This document shows positions 1 to 6,446 of a stretch of 13,015 bases of DNA, piece by piece (within the stretch, counting starts at the first letter, position 1; each line of letters starts with the position of its first letter). This DNA is from Rhodothermales bacterium (GTDB lineage Bacteria; Bacteroidota; Rhodothermia; Rhodothermales; VXPQ01), in the NCBI GenBank assembly GCA_040904565.1, contig JBBDTI010000005.1, forward strand, positions 1-13,015. Reading direction: 5' to 3'. The notes beneath the pieces were generated by a model. That model was not told where the DNA came from and ran no database searches. It saw nothing but the letters and a program-made list of their open reading frames with translations. The position numbers and the translations under genes are program-made.

Positions 1-710
1 GCGCTCCTTCCGCACCGGTGGGAGGATCGCAAGGGGTAGTTCACCGGGTGGTTACCGAGAATGCGCGCCATCTCACTCACATTTGGAGCAACATAGTACT
101 CGATTGGTTCTTCGACCTTCAAGTCGAAGACGGTTCGGATCGAGTCGGCAAAGACTGCCGCGGCCGTTGCCCTGTTTTCATCGAATCGGTGCTCCGGAGG
201 AAAGACATACTCGAGAAGACCCAATCGTCGCCGTCTCCATTCTCGAGTTGCTTCGGGAAGGGCATTGAAGAGCCGATACGCACCGCCCTCTCGCTTCGCG
301 TAGACTCGCTGAATCGAGTACAGGCCTTGAAAACCGTCGAGATCGTCTGGCGCATAGAGAGTTCGAATGACGTAGGCACCTCGCTTCTGCTCGATACTTA
401 GAAGGCGAGGTCGAATGCCAAACGTCGCGTGCAAATTACCTACTCCAGGTATCGTGTAGCCGTAAAGCCAGCGGCGCGAGAGATCGAAATCGCCGAGATC
501 GTCTTGTTCGATCTCAGACCAGTAAGGGTTCGCTCGCACGGAGTCCGGACGAGCGTTGAGATACGCCCCCCAGAGCCGATAAATGTCACCGACGTTGACC
601 TCTGTCGTATCAATACGAGGAGACATCGGCAGGTTGGCACTCTGTGCATTAGAACCACGCGGAGTGCATAGAAGAGTGAGAAATGCTATCAGGAGATATC
701 GTAATTCCAC
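1..710 (-). CDS. Secreted hypothetical protein, 3' end beyond the left edge; probable gene-cassette ORF
   Basis: Manually translated, not in the ORF track. GTG at 710, preceded by an in-frame TGA at 725-723, and open to base 1: MELRYLLIAFLTLLCTPRGSNAQSANLPMSPRIDTTEVNVGDIYRLWGAYLNARPDSVRANPYWSEIEQ...RPRLLSIEQKRGAYVIRTLY...FNALPEATREW...EYVFPPEHRFDE...PIEYYVAPNVSEMARILG. Has a Sec signal peptide (SNA|Q). The + ORFs 18..401 and 429..671 are its antisense shadows. Confidence 0.8.
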   Translation of the reverse strand, partial: MELRYLLIAFLTLLCTPRGSNAQSANLPMSPRIDTTEVNVGDIYRLWGAYLNARPDSVRANPYWSEIEQDDLGDFDLSRRWLYGYTIPGVGNLHATFGIRPRLLSIEQKRGAYVIRTLYAPDDLDGFQGLYSIQRVYAKREGGAYRLFNALPEATREWRRRRLGLLEYVFPPEHRFDENRATAAAVFADSIRTVFDLKVEEPIEYYVAPNVSEMARILGNHPVNYPLRSSHRCGRS

Positions 711-757
711 AGAAGCACTCGGTCAAAGATGGTATTCAATGGATGCGCTTGTACGCG

Positions 758-878
758 CCATGACGGCTTGGCAATAAGCGGCGGGCGCTTTGAGACTTGT
801 ACTCGTAGCAACTTACTCGCCAATGTTTTGCGCGGCAAGCCGATAGCACGCCTGTCCGTCTTCACCGTCTGGTTATGT
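758..878 (-). mobile_element. Integron attC-like recombination site (degenerate R' core)
   Basis: Minus strand reads ACATAAC-CAGACGG-TGAAGACGGACAGGCG ... CGCCCGCCGCTTA-TTGCCAAGCC-GTCATGG, resembling the attC layout R''(..AAC)-L''...L'-R'(GTT..). The inner arms pair with two unpaired extra bases. Length is 121 bp, and it sits 47 bp upstream of the co-oriented ORF at 710. Confidence 0.6.
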
Positions 879-1058
879 GCCGCCAAGTTTCTCGCCGCGT
901 TCCGAAAGTACGCCGCCACTCGCATCCGCTCGCGAGTGAGTCCCGCACTCGATTTTCCAGGCGGTTGATGCAAGGACGCCCGGCAGCGCGGCATGTGCCA
1001 CTGGAGAGAACTCAGGGGTCTTTGAATCGTTAAGTAATTGGACCAAACGACGCCTCCT

Positions 1059-1259
1059 ATGACACGCGTGCAGAAAATAGAGCAAGAAATTGAGGAGCTC
1101 CGCCCGAAGGAGTTGGCCGAGCTTCGCCGCTGGTTTGCCGAATACGACAATGCTCGATGGGACGAGCAGATCGAGGCCGATGCACAAGCCGGTCGTCTTG
1201 ACGCACTTGCCACGGAAGCGCTCGATGCATATCGGCGCGGCGAAACGCGTGAGTTGTGA
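1059..1259 (+). CDS. Putative type II antitoxin (66 aa)
   Basis: MTRVQKIEQEIEELRPKELAELRRWFAEYDNARWDEQIEADAQAGRLDALATEALDAYRRGETREL is a small acidic helical protein. I recognise the W-D-x-Q-I-E-x-D...G-x-L-D pattern from proteins encoded upstream of RelE/ParE-like toxins. Its stop overlaps the next start (GTGA). Confidence 0.8.
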   Translation: MTRVQKIEQEIEELRPKELAELRRWFAEYDNARWDEQIEADAQAGRLDALATEALDAYRRGETREL

Positions 1260-1510
1260 CCCATTCGACATCGCCCAAATTCTGGGACCATTTCGATCGA
1301 CTTCCGCAGGACGTGCAGGGCCTGGCGTGAAAGAAGTTCGACCTGCTCAAATCAAATCCAAGGCATCCGTCGCTTCACTTCAAGCAGATTGAGCAATTCT
1401 GGTCCGTCCGAGTCGGATTGTACTATCGGGCTCTCGGACTTGATGTCGAGGGCGGAGTGCTCTGGTTCTGGATCGGTTCTCATCCCGAATACGATCGCAT
1501 TGTAGGCTGA
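1256..1510 (+). pseudogene. RelE/ParE-superfamily toxin with internal TGA stop at codon 25
   Basis: Manual translation from GTG 1256: MTHSTSPKFWDHFDRLPQDVQGLA*KKFDLLKSNPRHPSLHFKQIEQFWSVRVGLYYRALGLDVEGGVLWFWIGSHPEYDRIVG*. Shows the HPSLHFK, WSVRV, YRALG and WFWIGSH.EYD motifs. TGA at 1328-1330, with no frameshift. Confidence 0.85.
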
Positions 1511-1743
1511 CCTCGATCGGAAAGGCGATCGGGAGAGAGAGGCGACCGGCTGTTGTGTTTGATGCATTATCACAATAAGTTAGGGAAAGTTGCCTGCGCG
1601 CCTTGCCCCGTGCCGTCTCCAATGCGTTGACCGCCGCAGCGCCATCCCCACGACCTTCTCGAAGGCCGTCCTTCTATCGCGTCCTGATGCGAACCGCATC
1701 CGTGCCGCGCGGACGCAAGACGTAACCCAGCTGAACACGACTG

Positions 1744-3045
1744 ATGTACGACGAGGCGCCATCCAACGTATCGGCATCCGGCGCGGTCGAGCGGCGGACG
1801 CCCGGTGGGTGGCGGCTGACGCACACGGAGATCGGGGCGATTGTCGTGTTCTGGTTGGTCGTCGGACTCCTTTCGATCGTTCAATTCTCCTTCGACCCGC
1901 GGTTCGGTGACCCGAGCCCGATCTGGACGCCCGAATCGGCGTACCGCGCCATCGTTTTCGCCTGCTGGTGCCTTCTGACCCCGGTCGTTTTCTGGTTCAG
2001 TCACCGTTGGGGGCCGGAGCGGCTGGACTGGCGCCGTCTCGTTTTCCTTTATTTCGGCCTCGGCCTGGCCGCTGCAATCGGGCTCCATCTCTTTCAGCAC
2101 GCACTCTGGAACGCCGTCGTCACCCATGCACGGCCGCGCCCCGTTTCACTGGCCGCCGTACTTCGCGGGCTGCACTTTCTCCCCGAGTTTCTGATGCTCC
2201 TTCTGATCCTTGCGGCCGGACTGGCCCGCGATTATGCGGTGCGTTACAGGGATCGTCTCATGGAGTCGACGCGGCTGAGGGCCGAAGCCGTCGAGCTGGA
2301 GAGCCGCCTGCGAACGAAGGAAGCGGAGCTCAAGGCGCACCAGGCTGAGGCACGTTTGCAGGCCATACGCACGCAGGTCAATCCCCATTTCCTGTTCAAT
2401 ACGCTGAACGCGATCACGTCGCTGGTGAACGAGGATCCGAAGGAAGTGAACCGCATGGTGAACCGTCTGAGCGAGATCCTACGATATACGCTGACGCATT
2501 CCGCGGAGGCGGAGGTGCCACTGCGCGAGGAACTTCGGCTCGTCGATCTCTTCTTCGAAATCCAGTCCATCCGCTTCGGGGACCGGCTGGACGTCCGCCG
2601 GTGTATCGCACCCGATACGCTGGAGGCCCGCGTCCCCTCCTTCGTACTGTTCCCCGTTCTCGAGCAGACCATGGAAGATGGGGGAGGGTCCGTCGATGGA
2701 CGAAAGCGCATCGACGTTTCCATACGTCGCGAGGACGGCGATCTGTGCATCGACATCCGCCGGAGCGGTTCGTCGACTACCCGGACTACCCGCTCGCGCG
2801 GCGTCCATACAGACTCTGTCGAGCCGGGGGGGCCTGGAAATCCATCCGCTCCCGCCCACGATCTTCGCCTCGATCGCGCACGCGATCGGCTCAAGCATCT
2901 CTACGGATCCGACCAGCCGCTGAGCGTCGACGTGGAACCGGACGGAAGCCGCCTGACCGCGATCCGGATACCCTTTAACACGGAGGCTCGCGGAATCGAC
3001 GAGGCATCCGGCCGGATGGTCACGTCCGCACAGGGCGCGCTATAG
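1744..3045 (+). CDS. LytS/YehU-type membrane sensor histidine kinase with degenerate ATPase domain
   Basis: About four N-terminal hydrophobic helices and a coiled coil, then QVNPHFLFNTLNAI, LSEILRYTL, VPLREEL and IRFGDRL, typical of the LytS His_kinase family. The C-terminal HATPase N/G1/G2 boxes are not conserved. Confidence 0.9.
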   Translation: MYDEAPSNVSASGAVERRTPGGWRLTHTEIGAIVVFWLVVGLLSIVQFSFDPRFGDPSPIWTPESAYRAIVFACWCLLTPVVFWFSHRWGPERLDWRRLVFLYFGLGLAAAIGLHLFQHALWNAVVTHARPRPVSLAAVLRGLHFLPEFLMLLLILAAGLARDYAVRYRDRLMESTRLRAEAVELESRLRTKEAELKAHQAEARLQAIRTQVNPHFLFNTLNAITSLVNEDPKEVNRMVNRLSEILRYTLTHSAEAEVPLREELRLVDLFFEIQSIRFGDRLDVRRCIAPDTLEARVPSFVLFPVLEQTMEDGGGSVDGRKRIDVSIRREDGDLCIDIRRSGSSTTRTTRSRGVHTDSVEPGGPGNPSAPAHDLRLDRARDRLKHLYGSDQPLSVDVEPDGSRLTAIRIPFNTEARGIDEASGRMVTSAQGAL

Positions 3046-4320
3046 CGGCTGCTGCTGCGTCCAGCAGTGGATCCCTCCTCCGAGTTGATTCATGTGCCGG
3101 GGATCGATCGGTACGATTTCCCGATCCGGGTAGTACGAGCGGAGCAGCCGTTGGATACGCTCGTCGGCCAATCTCACGGCTTCGGGAAGGTCGGGCCTCC
3201 AGTACGACGGAACGAAGACGAACCCGTTCGTAATGAAATAGCTGAGATAGCTCGTCGGAGGTACCCAGGAGAGCGTGTCTCCCATAGACACGTTGGGATT
3301 TCGCTCGAGCAGCTCCCGATACGGCGACCGTTCCCAGTAGGCATCGACGACGACGTCCTCATAGGGTACGTCGGGGGGCGTGACTTTAATTATTTCCAGC
3401 GGATTTCCATCCTGATCGGAGGCGGCCGTCAGGATGTCGTAGTTGCGCTGCATGCGCTCATAGGTTAGCCGCTTGACCGGATCGGAGGCCGCACGCGCGG
3501 AATCGGGAAAGGCGAGCAGTACCGTGTTCTCATCGACGAACCGTGCAAATCCGTCCACATGCCCCCCGATCCCGAATACGACGTATTGGTCGTCGATGAT
3601 CGACAACCCGTAGGGATCGTCCGCGGGCCCTTCCTCCAGCCAGATGACCGACTTCGCGCCAACGGTCCGGGCGAGCTCGTCTTCGATCTCTTCCCTGGTC
3701 ATGGTCGGATTGCGCTGCAAGGTCACCGACTCGACCTGAAGAACGGTACCCTTTCCGTTCGTTTCCAACGCGCCTCCTTCCATCGCCAGCGTCGACTTCA
3801 CGAGCGGGAAACCTCGCTCGTCGGCCATCCGGGCATCAAACGGATACTCGTCCGGCGTGTCGATCTCGGTACCGTAGGCATTCCACTTGAAGTCGACGAC
3901 GCGCAGTTCACCCCGTTCGTCACGCACGAAGATGGGGCCCGTGTCCCGAACCTGTACCTGCGCGTCCGTCACGATAATCTCGACGTTTTCCATACGCGCG
4001 CCGCGGGCATTCAGAAGCCGGCTGACGTCAGCACGTACGATGCTGGCGGAGGACAGGTCCGCCGCAGCGACGGCGCGTACCTTCGTGCGTGCCGATATGC
4101 GCGCGGCCATCTCCGCCGTGGCCGAATCGGTCTCGCCGTCGAAGAAACTGATCCAAACCGCCTCGTGCTCCTCCCATTCCGCCGGCATGCGCAATCCGGC
4201 TGCTTCCTCCACACTCCCGAGCGATGCGGATATGACCGCGCTCGATATGCCGATGATGAGCACGACCCCCAGTATGGAGGAAAATCTGGAAGGAACGTGG
4301 ACAAGCTGAGCGAACGACAT
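3040..4320 (-). CDS. Agmatine deiminase / Porphyromonas-type peptidylarginine deiminase family protein with N-terminal signal or anchor
   Basis: Motifs RMPAEWEEHEAVW, RDTGP, DFKWNAYG, EGGALETNGKGT, GGHVDGFARF, SYLSYFITNG and C-terminal GGGIHCWTQQQP (catalytic Cys). Hydrophobic N-terminal segment ILGVVLIIGISSAVISA. Confidence 0.93.
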   Translation of the reverse strand: MSFAQLVHVPSRFSSILGVVLIIGISSAVISASLGSVEEAAGLRMPAEWEEHEAVWISFFDGETDSATAEMAARISARTKVRAVAAADLSSASIVRADVSRLLNARGARMENVEIIVTDAQVQVRDTGPIFVRDERGELRVVDFKWNAYGTEIDTPDEYPFDARMADERGFPLVKSTLAMEGGALETNGKGTVLQVESVTLQRNPTMTREEIEDELARTVGAKSVIWLEEGPADDPYGLSIIDDQYVVFGIGGHVDGFARFVDENTVLLAFPDSARAASDPVKRLTYERMQRNYDILTAASDQDGNPLEIIKVTPPDVPYEDVVVDAYWERSPYRELLERNPNVSMGDTLSWVPPTSYLSYFITNGFVFVPSYWRPDLPEAVRLADERIQRLLRSYYPDREIVPIDPRHMNQLGGGIHCWTQQQPL

Positions 4321-4405
4321 CGTGTTCTACTGACGAGTGACCCCACGAACCGGCGGAATTGCATCGCATAGTAGTAGCCGACAAACCGTCTTCTAAAGGG
4401 GGCAC

Positions 4406-4455
4406 GGCACGAAACGCTCCAGCCTGTCATGGATCGCTCTCAGCCGTCATGAATC
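4406..4455 (-). promoter_or_regulatory. Three imperfect direct repeats with 20-bp period; candidate LytTR operator
   Basis: + strand GGCACGAAAC (4406), GTCATGGATC (4426) and GTCATGAATC (4446), with similar spacers GCTCCAGCCT and GCTCTCAGCC. Lies in the divergent region between the deiminase and the LytTR regulator. Confidence 0.55.
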
Positions 4456-4568
4456 TGCTTGGTCCCAGGTCGAGACCTCCATAAGTTCGTAGTGGACGTC
4501 ACCGGACATACGTCCAGTCGTTCCGCATTCCGAATGCCGTCAATTCGAGCTCGTGCATCCATCACAGT

Positions 4569-5396
4569 ATGGCCACCGAACAGCCCCACAGCGTGCTCGT
4601 CGTCGACGATGAGCCTCTGGCCAGAAAACGGCTGGAGCAGCTCCTGGAGGAACGCGACGACGTCACGCTGGCCGATTCCGTGGGCAACGGCCTCGATGCC
4701 GTGGCCTCGATCCGGGAGCTTCAGCCCGACATCGTGCTGCTGGACGTGCAGATGCCCGGACTATCGGGGATCGAGGTGGTGCGGAAGATCGATCCCAGCG
4801 ACATGCCGGTCGTTATCTTCGTGACGGCCTACCAGCAGCATGCGCTGGACGCCTTCGAAGTTTCCGCCCTAGACTACCTGTTGAAACCGTTCGACGAAGA
4901 ACGATTTCACGAAGCGATGAACCGGGCCAAAGACATGGTCGGGATGCGGCATCTGGTACGCCTCCGCGATCGGCTCACCGCCTTTTTCGATGCGCGCCCA
5001 CCGAGGGCGAGCGATAGCCACGCCGGTTCGACCCGCTACCTAAACCGCATTGCCGTGGAGATGCGCGGCCAGATCAAAGTTCTCTCCGTAGAGTCGATCG
5101 ACTACATCTCGGCAAGCGGCCCCTATGCGGAGCTGCACGTAGGTGAGGAGAAATACGTCATCCGCGAACAGATGCAGGATCTCGAAAACCAGCTCGATCC
5201 GGAACACTTTTTCCGTATACATCGGAGTACGATCGTACGGCTGGATTGCATCGATGCCATGTTCGTCAAGTCGGGGAGCAAATATGCCGTGCGCCTCAAG
5301 CCGGGCACGTATCTTCGCGTGAGCCGCAATCGATGGGACAAACTCTCCGCACGTCTGGGAACCCAGCCGCTACGGCGCGGCGGACAAGACTTGTAG
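4569..5396 (+). CDS. LytTR-family two-component response regulator
   Basis: Receiver domain VVDDEPLAR, LLDVQMPGLSG, FVTAY, DYLLKPF. LytTR domain IDYISASGPY...FFRIHRSTIVRLD...VSR. Confidence 0.96.
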   Translation: MATEQPHSVLVVDDEPLARKRLEQLLEERDDVTLADSVGNGLDAVASIRELQPDIVLLDVQMPGLSGIEVVRKIDPSDMPVVIFVTAYQQHALDAFEVSALDYLLKPFDEERFHEAMNRAKDMVGMRHLVRLRDRLTAFFDARPPRASDSHAGSTRYLNRIAVEMRGQIKVLSVESIDYISASGPYAELHVGEEKYVIREQMQDLENQLDPEHFFRIHRSTIVRLDCIDAMFVKSGSKYAVRLKPGTYLRVSRNRWDKLSARLGTQPLRRGGQDL

Positions 5397-5447
5397 ACGG
5401 GCCGGGAAGGGCCGGGCCGCAGCACGCCACCGAACCGCAGCGTGTCC

Positions 5448-6446
5448 CTATTCGCAGCCCGCTCGGCCTGCCATGTAGTCGTAGTAGCCGGCCTCTTCGA
5501 TCGCGTCGGTGGACGGAAAGAGGCGGGTCTGGTAGCGATAGCCGCCGCCGACGAATCCGAGACCGTTTACGACATTCGTCAGCGTACCGGGATGGGACAG
5601 GATGCGGCGATCCAGGAAGCCGTGCGGCAGGTCCCAGGCTTCATCGCCGATGGTGACGTCCAGCTCGAGCGCCACGAGGCCGAGGTCTGCGGTCTGATCT
5701 GCCAGCAGCAGCGGATTTCCGGCGTCGCGCCGCGCAAACTCGCGCATCATCGTACGATGCTCGCCGAGATCCACCTCGAGATCCCAACCGCCGTCGGCCG
5801 GCGTCTCCTCCCCCACGTACGAATAGGTATAGCTAAAGAACGGAGACGCGGTCGGACATTCGCCGGCCTCGACGGACGCCACGAGCACCGCGTAGGTGAG
5901 ATCGAGCCGGACGAACCGAAACGGACCGGGACGGAACGATAACCGCATCCGGCCCCTCCCGTCGTCAGTCACTTCGTCCGTCAAGTCGACCGTCACCTGC
6001 TCCGGCACGCGCACGGTGGCGGAGCTCGCCTGCCCGTCCACCCCCACCGCCTCGATGCGGTACGAGGCGCCGTACTCCGCGCGGAAATCCGACCAGAAGA
6101 TGTGCGAATAGCTTCCCTGTCCGTCGGCCACCACCGAGTCGCGCCACACGCGCACGTCACCGGATTCCAGCTCGCGAGAGGTCACCTCCGCGTCGAGCGT
6201 CGGGCCGAGCGGCTCGAGGACGCCGGTCTCGATCGGATAGACGGCCACCGCCTGAGTGTCGGAGGTGGGACTGACCACGCCGAACAGCGTGAACGGCTCC
6301 TCCACGGGAGGCGCATTCGTGACCTCTTCCTCACATCCGACGAGAAGCAGCACGGCCAGGAGCGCGAGCGCAGCCACGCGAAGCACGACCCGCCCGCCTG
6401 CGCCCGTTTGCCACCTCGATATGACGGAACTGGATTCGCCCATCAT
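5448..6446 (-). CDS. Lipoprotein partner of the TonB-dependent receptor (DUF4249-like)
   Basis: Hydrophobic stretch and lipobox LLVG|C, PFTLFGVVSP, GASYRIEA and C-terminal TNVVNGLGFVGG. ATGA overlap with the stop of the upstream receptor. Family name is from pattern recall. Confidence 0.8.
   Translation of the reverse strand: MMGESSSVISRWQTGAGGRVVLRVAALALLAVLLLVGCEEEVTNAPPVEEPFTLFGVVSPTSDTQAVAVYPIETGVLEPLGPTLDAEVTSRELESGDVRVWRDSVVADGQGSYSHIFWSDFRAEYGASYRIEAVGVDGQASSATVRVPEQVTVDLTDEVTDDGRGRMRLSFRPGPFRFVRLDLTYAVLVASVEAGECPTASPFFSYTYSYVGEETPADGGWDLEVDLGEHRTMMREFARRDAGNPLLLADQTADLGLVALELDVTIGDEAWDLPHGFLDRRILSHPGTLTNVVNGLGFVGGGYRYQTRLFPSTDAIEEAGYYDYMAGRAGCE

Noticed and set aside
1029-1035. GTTAAGT (GTTRRRY) just upstream of the antitoxin as a + strand cassette boundary
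   Set aside because: No matching attC structure before it or after the toxin; a 7-mer is expected by chance.
689-1291. 200-aa minus ORF and other ORFs across the TA region (1057..1350, 1090..1392, 1352..1573)
   Set aside because: Antisense or off-frame shadows of the TA genes and the attC-like site, with no protein-like features.
1328-1380. Selenocysteine or genetic-code reassignment of the toxin TGA
   Set aside because: No obvious SECIS-like hairpin follows, the context is not a redox motif, and TGA terminates other genes here (1259, 6443, 10392).
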